Shown here piece by piece: positions 51,801 through 64,000 of a stretch of 64,000 bases of DNA (positions are counted from its first letter, which is position 1; each line of letters begins with the position of its first letter). Source of the DNA: Marsupella aquatica (taxonomy: Eukaryota; Plantae; Marchantiophyta); contig OZ316898.1 in the NCBI GenBank assembly GCA_973895155.1, positions 870,751-934,750 of the forward strand, written 5' to 3'. The notes under the pieces are model-generated. The model was not told where the DNA came from, made no database searches, and saw only the letters and a list, made by a program, of their open reading frames with translations. Position numbers and translations under genes: made by a program.

Positions 51801-54800
51801 GCTCGCATTTGAGAGTCACGGTTCAAGGACCTGACATAACTTCTTACGCAACTCTTTTGCACTCTTGGACACGTTTTATCAATGGTAACCTGTCGTAGTC
51901 AGAGCTATTTTGTGAGCAAGGCACCACGGTTGATTAACAGACTGGATGTGATGTTGCATTGTAAGGATCCTTAGTGTTCCATGAAGTCAATATGGCTCGG
52001 ATTATGAGAACTCATCTCTTGAGGTTATGGCTTGCAGATGAACGGCGCCAGTTCGGTGGGGCTCTTAGGCGGTATATGAAGGTGAGATTGGAGGGACGTA
52101 GGATACACATATCCTCCTTGCTCGATTTTTTACTGGCATATGGAAACTGTTGCATTGCGGATTAGTTGCATTTGAATGGTTAGGGTTGATTCTGACAGTG
52201 AGTTAGTGAGTGAGATGTACAATGCAAACTTTTTCTTTATAACTTTTGGATTTCAATTGATGCTGCACATGATAATATTGAACTCGCATTATATCTAACG
52301 TTTCTGATTTGTCCACGTAGAATGTCCATGCTCCCATGCTGAGTCGACTTGAAGTTAAAGCACTTGTGGTGGCTATTTTCTCGGGCCTTTTCATTGGAAG
52401 CATTGTGAGCATCTAAATCCCATGCTTCTGCTACTTCTGAATGTATATTGATACTAAGAATAGTGTTGTGCATTGCTGAAGAGGAGTACTGACGATATAC
52501 TTTGAGTAGTGGGTGGTCAGGATGGCCAGGCGATCTCGTCTTTCTTATCCCTTTCGCGAATCCTGGAATAGCCTAATGTGTGATTGTCGACGAGCTTATT
52601 GCAGGCGTTGCTACCACGGCTCTCTCCAGGATTGGATCAAAAGGTTGCACTCCCCCGTGACTCCTACCTTCAGGTTCGTTGAGTTTGGTGGCTTTACTCA
52701 TATGGGATAAGTATCTTGTAATTTTGCTCATGCATTGGTTATGAGATGCACTTGGTGTTTCACTTCATCTTTGAACTGAAAAATTCTCAAGCTTCTACAT
52801 CATATATTAGTCACTGTATTCAGAAATCTGATTTTTGAGCTACTCTTAAACGCTTTAGTTTGGAGTGAGTCACAATAGTATTACTTGTCGTCGGCTGTGC
52901 AGGGATATTTTGATAATATAACTGAGTATCTTCGTGTTGGACCACCAGTGTACTTCGTGGTCCAGGACTATAACTACAGGTATCTTTGCTTCACATTGCT
53001 TGCTATCTATTGCTCGGCTGGTGGTTGTGCAAATCCTTCAAAAAACTTCTAAACAAGACGAGTTGGTAGTATTGAGCTGAATCCATTGACTTTAAAATCC
53101 AAGACCTCCTACTGTGGCAAGAGCCCCAAGTGCAAGAAGGCTAAACTTGCGACCTTAAAACATATTTTAAAGAGACGGGACAAATGAACAAAACGAGAAG
53201 GGACGGATAAAATAAAACGCCAGGCGAGAAAATAGGAAACACGCGAACAATAACCCTTCTCCCTCCAAAATACGTAAATGAAAATGGAAAACAACAACCT
53301 GACAACACAGACAAATACAAACGAATAGCAATGTAAGCTGGGAACAAGAACCTCTGCGCACGACTGGATGGATATATATAATTTTTCTCCCTCCAAAATA
53401 CGTAAATGAAAATGGAAAACAACAACCTGACAACACAGACAACTACAAACGAAGAGCAATGTAAGCTGGGAACAAGAACCTCTGCGCACGACTGGATGGA
53501 TATATATAAGTTTTCTCTCAGACTTCAGTGCTTGAGCTGATGAATTCAAAGAGGTTCTGTAACCAAGGCAACAGGGCTTTTGAAAGATGCCGAGCACCGT
53601 TTCCTAAGGGCTATGCAAGGGCGGACCCGTCTTTACCAAGAATTCCGAGTTACAAACCAATCTATTCATTACTTTCAGCTACACTTCATCTATCACTTTT
53701 TGTCACGCACTGTTCATTAGGCATGTAGTGATCATCAGGCCCGCGGATGCTCGTCAGCAATAAAAACAAACAGGAACAGAAAGGAAGAATATGTGCGGGC
53801 GAGTGCAAGAACTACGCCTCTCCGAAAGTCTAAAGTATGGTTAACGTAGTGGCCGACCGATGGATTAGCTGAAAAGTTACCTGTTGGCTACATGTTGACT
53901 AAAATCTCCAACTATGACGCTAGCAGATATTTCTGAAATTCTATCCGGGGATAGAGGGATAAATGGTTGAAAGAAATGAAAATGGTTTACAGCTCACTCG
54001 TTATAGGTCTGCAGTGCTGGACTCTCGACCTTGATAGTGCAAGCGTTTTCATGTGCTATAGGTCTGAAATGAGTTATGGAAAAAAAGCCATGAATCTGAC
54101 GTGACATCACTCCAAACAAGCGCAATAGGAGAGGGACACAATTTTCAAGAAGATCTAAGGATAACTAACAGTAATGGTGACAGACGTGACGAATTGAGTG
54201 AGATTCTGTGCTGGCAATCCACTTAAAAATGAATTTTCATTGTGCAGCTTTAGTTAAGCAATACGGTTTTCAGAGTCTGGTCAATTTGATTCCCAAATCA
54301 GTTGATTATTAAGGCCAATGACAAACTTGGAGTATTAATATACCTGTTTGGTGGATGCCTCTCAGCACGGCAAGCAATCATACAAACAATTTATGCTCCA
54401 TTAGCCGCTGCGATCCTAACTCTCTCTTAAACGAGGTCAACTTTACTACCTCTTCCTAACCCAAGTTCAGTTGGTTTTGTTTGGTAAAATAATCGCAGCA
54501 AATTTGCTTTAAGTCGTTGCGGGGTACTTCCATAGGAATTTCTACTAGCATGTCATGGGTATACCGAAGTATACCGAACTGGTGGGTCGATACGTCAAGG
54601 AACACTGCTGGTAGAGAGACTGTTATGCAGAAAGGTCACTGACGTGCCTCGTGATATGTCTTAGGTATCCAGAGCAGCTCTGTCACCAGGCACAAGTTTC
54701 ATTGCCTCGCCAGCTGCATCTTGGTTAGATGACTTCTTGGTTTTTATTTCTCCTGATGCGTTTGGATGCTGCCGAACTTTTTCTGATGGATCGTACTGTC

Positions 54801-57800
54801 CTCCAGATGATCAGGTGCATATACCTAACACATAGGCTCAAAAGCGTACATGCATGCTTTCTTCAAAAATATGTATGTAAGAAAGATTGGTAATTTCTTC
54901 AGGAATGGGTTTGAGAATCAGAGAGCAGAGTGACAATCCTGGACTACATGCTGTCAGTCGGTTGATTATACCAACTGGGGTTGAGTGCTTCCCGCTGACT
55001 GATCCTTATGATATATTTCTGATTTCTTTGTGTTGCGAAAACGTCTCCAGCCACCTTGCTGCGAACAGGATTATGACTACTGCACCGGGACCGATAATTG
55101 TAAAGATTGTACAACGGTATTGACCTTCAGGGATACGTCTGTCTTTTGGCTCTTTCATTTGATTGTTTATGTGTAGTACTCGAACACAACTTCCTTGGAT
55201 TTGTTGATATCAGTTGGATCAAATGAATGGCTTTATAGTACAGGGTCCGCTAGATAGTGGCCAGACAGTGCAACGCTGCTGTAAACCACAAATGTTGAGT
55301 TGGAGACTCGACACGTGATATCTGTGCAATATTGTGATCTCTCTCTCTCTGGCATTATAATTAAAATTTGTGCAAGGTAAACTTGATTAAAGTAAGTCAA
55401 GCTCATCTACTACTTCCGGATTTGTTTTCGGGAAGGCTTTGTTCTTTTCACACCGTGCTTCCCTCGGGTTAAGCACTGTGTTCTTAGGTGCAAGAACGTC
55501 ATATTTGTCTGACTGGATCATGACATAACCTGGCACAAGTGTCGGAATTCAATGGAGGATATTTCAATCGTATTAATCCTTTCGTGGAAATTTTTCAATA
55601 TGGGTGGCCTGTGGCAGTGCTTTCTGAATTCTGATTTGGCAGAAGGTCGCCCTTCGACCGACCAGTTTAAAGAGAAGTTGCCATGGTTTCTTGAGGCTCT
55701 TCCCTCCGCAGATTGTGCAAAGGGTGGTCATGGAGCTTATACCAACAGTCTGGACCTTACTGGTATACCAATGCACCTATGTCGTGTCTCTTATAGTGTC
55801 TGTTTTCGGGCCACAAGCTCTGTAACCGTAAGTGCGTAATAGGTTGGTTCCTTTCCCAGATATGTTCTTGCTTGATGACACTAACGGTACCTCCCATTAT
55901 ATTACCGTCTTTGTTTTGAGATGTCCTGGAAAGCTTTCTTATGGAAGGTTGATCCTACGTTTTCATTTCCCGCTCAATTTATAGAGTTTGGAGGTGCTTT
56001 CCGGGTATTTTGTCTAGATTAGACTGGACAGTATTTTCTAAGTTACTTCCCTATAGTGAGATAATATGATTGTCTCATTCAAACAAATATTTCCTTGAAG
56101 ACACTTCAATCGTGGAATCTTTCTATTTTTAAAAATCTTCTCCAATTTATGGTACAATTTTGCGGCTACAGGATATGAATCTGGCATCATCACAGCATCG
56201 GAATTCCGTTCTTATCATACACCTCTGAACAAACAGGTGCCTGAACTGCAAGGATAATTTGTTGCTCGATATCTTTTGAGTTGGGCAACATCTTCTTACG
56301 ATGAATGAGTTAGTTGAAGGATTATTAGGATTGGTTGCTTTGCATTTCATCTCGTGCAGTTTTTGGTCTTCGAAACTTTTCTAGCTTATCTGATATCCCT
56401 TAACCGTTTGAGATCCAGAACTTTAGTCCAGAGGGATCATGTGCTTCACCCCATGATCTTGTGTGTTGGTTTCCAGACTGATTACGTGGACGCCCTTCGT
56501 GCGGCAAAAGAGTTCACAAAAAGGATATCAGAATCTTTGCAGGTACTTTTAAAGCATTTGAGTCTGGATCCGTTGCTAATATAGTTCCCAAGAGATTCTC
56601 CTAGAATTTGTAAGAGCAGCTGTACTGATGTGTATTATCCTGTCAATTTGCGTACTGTATTACACGACAAGAGTTGCGCTGTTTCTACACTAGTGCGGTT
56701 AGTTGTAATTTCAACATTGGGTTAATGGAAAAGTTTCGTAATTGAAAGAACTGATATGGATGGCCAGTATCCAAGATTGAGGAAGTTCGACTTGAAATTG
56801 ACTATGAGCTTGCTGTGGGTGAAATTGAACTGACCGCAGTGCTACTGATATTTGTCAGATTGAAATATTTCCATATTCAGTCTTCTACATTTATTTTGAG
56901 CAGTATCTTGACATTTGGGCAACTGCTGTGGGAAGCGTTCTCCTGGCTCTTTGTATGACTTTCGAACCTAATTCCCTCTAGTCTGAATAGACGGAAACGA
57001 CAGCGGAAACTAAATATATTCATATTCTAAAAGCAGGATTCACATATTTTACACATTAGCAGTAGTAGTTGGAAATTTTACTTGCTTTCTGACAATTCTA
57101 AGTCGTTCTATGCAATGGCTGGAATTTGTGCAGGTGCGGTATTCCTAGTCTCTTTCGCCATCACCAGCAGGTTTGAACAAACGTCTTCCTCCATACTGTT
57201 CTGATTATCCCTTGTCAAGTTTTAGAACGGTGCCTTTGAAAGATATAGGAGATCCTGGATGCTGAAAACACGATCTAGAGCTCAAAGAAAGTTCAGGCCA
57301 ACTTTGTCTATACAGATGGAGTAAATTTATCTGTGTTTCGTGCAGTTTTTGGACCTCCTGCATTATCTTCTTGGTACTTGCAATGATTATTACAGACCTG
57401 ATGGTAAGTAACAATAATGTGTTCCTTTATAACTCCTACCTTGAGTTTCTGATAAGGCTGCTAATATGCATAATATGAATTGTTTGTGTCAGTTGAACAA
57501 GAGGGTGAATTGTTGTCATAACTAGCACCGTCAGTAGCGTTGTTTAGTTGATCAAAAGCAGAGATGGTGGAAAGGGACCTGCATTCGATAGGCAACAGAT
57601 CATTGGACTAGAGGTTCCCTTCTTTCTCAGCTCGCTGGACTTCAAAGTCCTGGCAGTCGTTTATACGGTCGGTTTAAAGTTGGGCGACGGCGACCACGAA
57701 CATGTGCTTACTAAATTGCTTCGTGCAGGGGGTCATGGTACTCTGGAACATTCAACTGAATGCAGTGTCTGTTGTGAATCTCGTAATGTCCATCGGCATC

Positions 57801-59430
57801 GGCGTGGAATTCTGTGTTCACATTACTCATGCATTTTTGGTACGCACGAATCTATGTAGAGTTCCTTCATAGCATCAACTTATGGAAATGTGGCTTGCCT
57901 TCAATGTCAACATTTGACGCCAAAGTTGTGGTAGTCAAAACGCCTTCCGGGGCATTGTGGATTGATTAATGAGACGCGGCGTTTTTTGCAGTGAGAACAA
58001 TATGATTGTTCTATTTATGAGACTGAATATCCAGATAGTCATCTTTCATGGGAATGCTGGATCGGAGAGAATTTGTGCAAAGACGGGATCAGCCCATGAC
58101 TTTCTGTTCGCTTTACTTGATTGCAGGTGAGCACTGGTGGCCGGTCTGAGCGGGCATCAGAAGCTTTAACAACTATGGGTGCTTCGGTTTTCAGGTAATA
58201 GTTTGTGCTCTTAACATGATTCTTTTCCCTCGTTAGTAAATAACGATCTTTGATCTTCCCAGTAATACGATTTCGTAAACAAATTTGGTGTATAGCACAG
58301 TGACTTCCACCCGATCCTTGTCCTCAATCCATCCAAGCAATAGTACCGACAGTATCTTCAATGTGCATGTTTTCTCATGAAATTTCGTGATATTGCCTCT
58401 GCAGTGGAATCACGTTGACCAAGTTCGTCGGCGTTCTTGTTCTCTTCTTCGCCAAGTCTGAGATTTTTGAGGTCAGAGAAGACTCTGGTCCATAATCCAC
58501 CCGGCATGATATATTCATTTTGTTTCATGTAGAGCGTCTAGTAATCAATGAAGATTGAGCAGCCACGTTGTGGTGGAACTGTAAGAGTGATTCCTCGTTC
58601 TATCGCAATCTTTCTATAGTATGAACTTTTTGTTTGGTATCTACCCCTGACCTGAGAAGGGAGGCTAAACAAGGTTGGCCGTTGATCATGTTTTCCAGAT
58701 TTACTACTTTCGAATGTACCTGGCTCTAGTGATTCTGGGTGCCTTGCATGGGCTTGTCTTTCTCCCTGTAAGTTTGCTAAGCCCCTTTTCTATAGCTGTT
58801 GCACTTTTCGGGCACTAATTATTGTTAATTAACAAGAACTTGCCGAAGTAGGAGTTATGCCAAATACAAATCATTTTCACAAACTGTCAAGTTCTGAGCT
58901 TTCAAGTAGAGTTTAAAATGGCATCGGATGAGCAGTCTTGAAACACAATTTGCCATGTGCTCGCGTTACTTTTGGCAACAGTTCAGGACACACTGAAGCA
59001 TAGTATTCAAAGCTAAGTCGGTTGAACCCAGTGTGCTGCACTTCCTTTCTCGTAAAGCATATTGTGTGGTGACGCTACCTTACTTTGAAACAACCACGAA
59101 AGCCAATATTGGTTGCACAGAAGGAAACAATATGATCGCATTGAAGAGGGACGCGCAACTGTTGCTTTTCATGGTTTATCCCTCAATAGCAATGAAACCA
59201 TTGGACGGTTCTATTCGTCATCTTTCCAATTCAATAGTGTTCATGATTGTTGATTTTCATGACAGGTTATCCTGAGTTTGGTGGGCCCTCCAGCAGTTGC
59301 TCTCTCATCATTTGCTATGGAGAAAGCTAAGGAGACAGCTGACAAAAATGTAGGGACTTCTTCGGGTTATCCTTCAGATTCAGAAGAAGCTGAAGCAGCT
59401 ACTGCAATAACAGAATTTCGGGATAAATGA
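42858..59430 (+). CDS. NPC1: Niemann-Pick C1-like sterol transporter, 39 coding exons
   Basis: Signal peptide in exons 42858-42920 and 43746-43819 (less certain). N-terminal domain has [15 protein letters not shown] and [25 protein letters not shown]; also PFYRIEQ. Sterol-sensing domain has [15 protein letters not shown] and EVGPSIT. Further motifs are [28 protein letters not shown] and [10 protein letters not shown]. The last exon ends in TGA at 59428-59430. The exon chain was walked manually and is phase-consistent. Confidence 0.95.
53257..53517. repeat. 2 x 128-bp tandem duplication in NPC1 intron 25
   Basis: TTCTCCCTCCAAAATACGTAAATG… starts at 53257 and 53385; the copies are near-identical. 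Confidence 0.92.
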
Positions 59431-60192
59431 CGGATATGATTCTGTGTTTCTTAACAAAGGATTCCCTTTCCGTTTCACAGTCTAGGTCGATTTTACATGT
59501 CAAAGCACAACACTTTCCATATCTCGCCAGTGCATTTTTCAGGGCTGTGTTTGCAAATCATTGAGTTGTACTTACTCAATTCTAAAAGGTTAGTAGTTTC
59601 CATACTCGTCATGGATAGTCTCAGGGTAGCTTCTGGAGTGCATCCCTTCACTTCATTTTTGGGACCATTCCTGACATTTTCATCTTTCTTATATTCTTTG
59701 AATGGTATTCCATTTTGTGGTCTGCGCTGATTCCTTACAGCTTGACGATACCAGTAGAAGCATAAGACTGGTAGGCAGTGCGGCAGCATCCATGCGTCTC
59801 TTATGAGTTTCGTTAGATTGTATTTCCAACTACCGTATCAGGAAGATGGTTGCTTGAAGCTTGGAGTGGACAGTGTTGTTACGAGAAAGTCATTTTCTAG
59901 AATCTCAGATCGTACTTGTAGGCCATGGGTGCCATCTATTGGCTGCTCGCGTTCACAGGCGACCGTGAAGCACTGCTCTCACGTCTGAACAGAGTGTCAC
60001 CGTCCCTTCCTCGTTACTTAATATCGTGTAGTGTTCGAGAGTGTGCTTTCTTGTTGCTTTGCCCCCCTTGATGTTGCCGTTCCATTCCATACTTCTGGAA
60101 AGTCTGGTTTCTGCAATTATAACCCACTAGAGTCTTCTGCTCAGACACATCTATCCCTATGAAGTCTCTATGCTGTCCCAAAACGCCTCTTG

Positions 60193-60298
60193 TTACGGAC
60201 CCATGAGAGGTCCCTTCCAAAATTCCTGGCACCAGAGCGTGCCACGTCAACAACAACCGCAACAAACAAGACTCTTCGATTTTGTGAATCAAAATTAC
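60193..60298 (+). repeat. Dispersed repeat (probable TE end), copy 2
   Basis: Homologous to 18746-18851. Confidence 0.75.
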
Positions 60299-63200
60299 AT
60301 TTTTTGGGGGTAAAGCTGATGTACTCTAAACTGTGTTAGCCTAGGCCCATGCCAATAAAAAATATAGTGGGATGGAGGTTCGGTCCGACCTTGTAACTTT
60401 GGTTGCCAATGTCAATTTAGAGATACTATAAAATAGAATAATTTCACTGTAACTTTACTTGTAGTTCACGGGAAAGGAAGACGTTAGGGAGCAGCAGTTC
60501 AACTTCAATCCCCTTCTACTAAGTGGCTAGATTTTTCTGAGATCATCTCATTGTTTCCCTCGTAATCTCACTTTTCACTACTGGTCGTCACCATAAAAGG
60601 TTTGGATTGAATGACTTTTAAGTTGATTATATTGGCACCTTTGGTCCCCAATTTTCTTAATGAATAACAAAACAATTGAGCTTAGTTTTGGTATCGGATA
60701 TTAATTTTATGTTATTAAAGAAAATATGTTATTAAATGAAATACTTCGTATTTTTTTGTGATAGGGACCTACCTAGCTATAAATATTCCAAATAGGTCCC
60801 TATTACAAATGCCCACAATTAGCGGCACAAGAGTGCATTATTTATATATTTGGATCTGTAGCTACAAGTATTCCCTTTAAGTTGTTTGTGGAATTGTTTT
60901 CCTAGCTTTTCCTAGTTTTTCCTACCCGTTGTTATTGATTTATTTCCTGGTTTGAAATTGGTACCAGAATAGCATACAAACCATGCTGAGCCACATCTTG
61001 ATTCTGTGGGTATGCACCAAGAAACTTGCATATCTTGATTCTATGGGTGTGCACCAAGAAACTTGCATAAATCAAACCTTTTGGCTCTACCAGCTTTAAA
61101 GTAAAAAATTCCATTCCAAGTTTGGATGGATTGTTATGTTGTTCTCAAGCTATCGCCATGGAATGTGACGGGAAACAAATCATTTTACTCCTAATCATGG
61201 GACAGCCCAACTACAAATGGATGCAAAATTTTCTCGTTAATATTTACCCACATTTCTATCACAAAAAGAATATCATGACTGCACCTAAAACTTAAATTGA
61301 GAGTGCAAATGGAATGGATTGGAGGTGCATATTTAAAATCTCTGGTAGCTTTGCGTGCAACAACTAATTACTCACAATGCTCATTGTAACAAAATAAGTG
61401 CTATAATGAAAAACATGATTTCCGGTAGTTTTGCAGTGCAAAAATTATTTGAAGCACTCTTTGTAATAAGAGCACGCACTGAAAAAGAAGACTAAGCAAC
61501 AATACTCCTGAAAAGTAAAATTCAAATAGCTCTATACCAATAAACTAGTCAAAAACACTCTTTACAACAAGAGCAATGATCTCTGAAAAAAAATGATTCG
61601 ACTACAATACTACTGCAAGTTAAAATTTCCTTTGCCTCCGCAATGGAAAAAATATTACAATCCCGGTAACAAAAACAATGCTCTAAAAAAACAAGATTTT
61701 GTAACAACACTTCCAAAAGCAGGTTAGTCATTTCACAAAGTATCAATGCACTAACTAGAATCTCAAGAAAGTGTGTTAATTGTTTTTAATACATTTGTGA
61801 AAAATTGAGTTTAGTTTGGCTTTAGCTTTGCCCCCTAGCCTCCTTCAGTTGGTTCATGAAACATTTTGCTGCTTTCCTCCCCCCTTTTACAAGGCTTATA
61901 AACATAAAAATAAATTAAATTCATTTATTTACCATTGAGCAAAATGCTTGAGGCAATATGAGTAAAATGTGAAGCCCTCAATCTTCTCAAAATTCAATAA
62001 GGTTAAATTACATATTTGTGTAAGAACCTAAGATTAGTTTATATTTTATCTTTTTTTTTATCAAAATCTAAAAAATATGGTTAGAACAACTATGTGGAGG
62101 GGAATGCGGGGGAGATGAGCATTGGAAGAATGAAGCTTCAATTAAAGTGCTCTGGCCAGTATCAAAGTATGTTTAAGACACAAGTGGTGACAAAGTTAGT
62201 GAAAGGGAAAATCTTTTAGAAGTGATGATTTGGTTGCATACAGTGTTTATTTGGACAGAAATGTAAAGAGCAGTATCCAAGCATATTTTTATGTTTTAAT
62301 CAAGTCCATGCAGGTTTGGTTTATTGCATTACGTCCCGACATTAAGTTCCACATATCAGACTTCCCATTTTTTACAAATTATTTGAAAAAAAAGACTTGA
62401 CCTCATTTTAATTGATTAAAAAGAAAACAAAAAAGACTGTCCCTCTCTTTGAACTTGTGGTGATATGTTTATGAAGTTGAATGTTGACGACCAAAAATAC
62501 AAATAAGGAATCAGATTCTGTTCAAGTTAATGAACATTCTAATGAAGATGACTCCTTTCGACCACCTCTCATGATGTGATTCTAAGTCATCCACACCGAC
62601 AAAATATCCACTGACTACAGACTCCTTTGGTTTGTTACAACAGTATGTCCACAGTGTTCGCAACTTCATCCGGCCCAAAAAGCTGACCTGTGGATCCAGA
62701 TCAACAAGATCCAGATCAACAACCTTACTCTCAGACAGTCTTTACAAATGGAGTACAATACTTTGTCGGCAAGCTGTAACACGTTTTCCTTGCATGTAAT
62801 TATGCGGCTCTCGAGAGTAGATTTCTTCGCAAGAAAGCGTTTCTTCCATCCCTACTGTAGCTCGTACACCTGCACGCTCTCTCTCCTGTGATTGTGACCC
62901 ACTTCACTTTTCACCTATTGATAGAGGTGTTGCCTAGCTTTCTGTCTTCTAAGCGTTACAGCTGAATTCCTTCTCCAATTCATCTTGGGAACTGCAACTG
63001 ATCGGGGATTTTTGCAAGGATTTAATCTGACTTGAGAATTCTCCAGTGACGTCTCCTACCCTCTTCATCATTTCAATTTTCATCTCACTGGTTCTGCGAT
63101 TTATTTTTCTGGCACCTCAGTGACCCTTTGCTCCTTTGCTGATATTGATTGACATCGACATCCAGAGCTGATGATACCTCATTAACAACGGGCTAGGGCA

Positions 63201-64000
63201 GATCACGAGCTAAAATCGTGAGAAACCGTGGGAATCTGAGGACAGCGGCGATTCTAATGAATGCATTCCCATGAATCCCAAATCTCTCGATCCTCCCCCA
63301 ACCCCACATATATGGATGGTGAGCTCCGGCCCGAACTCCCCGATCGACGTATACACATTGGTCGACATCGGGGAGAACATGACTAGAGGAGCGAGGCGCA
63401 CGAGACACGTCCACAGGCTAGAGAGTGCTAGACCGACACAGTACCGAATAAGGGTCCTTGGCTGCACAAGACAGTACACAATCATCGAAGAGGTCAACGG
63501 GACATCGACTTTTTTGTAGCTTTTGTTAATTAACTGCTTCTCATGATCACGGCGGGATACTGCCAGAATACTCCCAGAAACGCCAACTTTCTGAGGAGTG
63601 CAGCTAGCCGAAGGCGATCATGGGGTGACTCTGTTCGACAGTACCGAAAGTTGAACCGTCCACAATTGCCGACCACTCATCAGGCCCGCCCGGTGCCCAC
63701 CTACGACATTCCAGGTGGAATCTAAAAGCTGAACTTGGCTGGCAGACTGGCAGTCAATAGCACAAGTCACCCAAATTCCCATCATGCCCTACCATGTGAC
63801 ATTGTGGCTGTCGAACAATAATTTCAGGCACATATTCTCCTTAGTAACAGTCAGAAGTAACTTCTCCCAAAGCTCATGTTCCATCATATGACACTCGATC
63901 CTTCCACTTCGACACCGTATGAGTATGATCATGAAAGCAACTATGGCAATTGGTGTATAACATTTTTAATGAGACGTGACGGTGCTTCAACGTCCCTGTC

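Noticed and set aside
53109-53597. Minus-strand ORFs in NPC1 intron 25
   Set aside because: Arise from the 128-bp duplication; the repeat shifts frame and no domain is recognisable.
60758-60806. 13-bp inverted repeat as a possible miRNA precursor
   Set aside because: The stem is too short for a plant pre-miRNA; more likely a TE remnant.

Overview
Eukaryotic land-plant genomic DNA. Protein sequences and gene structure suggest a non-seed plant, but the species cannot be determined from the window. Five host genes are present: BRR2 spliceosomal helicase (minus, runs off the left edge), a 7-exon RETICULATA/RER1-like plastid envelope gene, an intronless MYC2-type bHLH, an 11-exon TTC39/IML2-family gene, and a 39-exon NPC1 sterol transporter. 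Transposons include a young Ty1/copia element (11714-16519, minus), a diverged solo LTR of the same family (40757-41098), a full-length PIF/Harbinger element (20575-24925), two short Helitrons and a MITE-like element. The strongest signal is in the copia family. Both insertions have the same 5-bp TSD (CACTT in element orientation) inside the same 9-bp site CTTCACTTT, which suggests sequence-targeted integration. The full element also has gag and pol in one frame separated by a single UGA followed by a hairpin, and an 18-bp tandem array in its LTR. Also notable are a candidate GA-AG intron in NPC1 and a third ORF inside the Harbinger.
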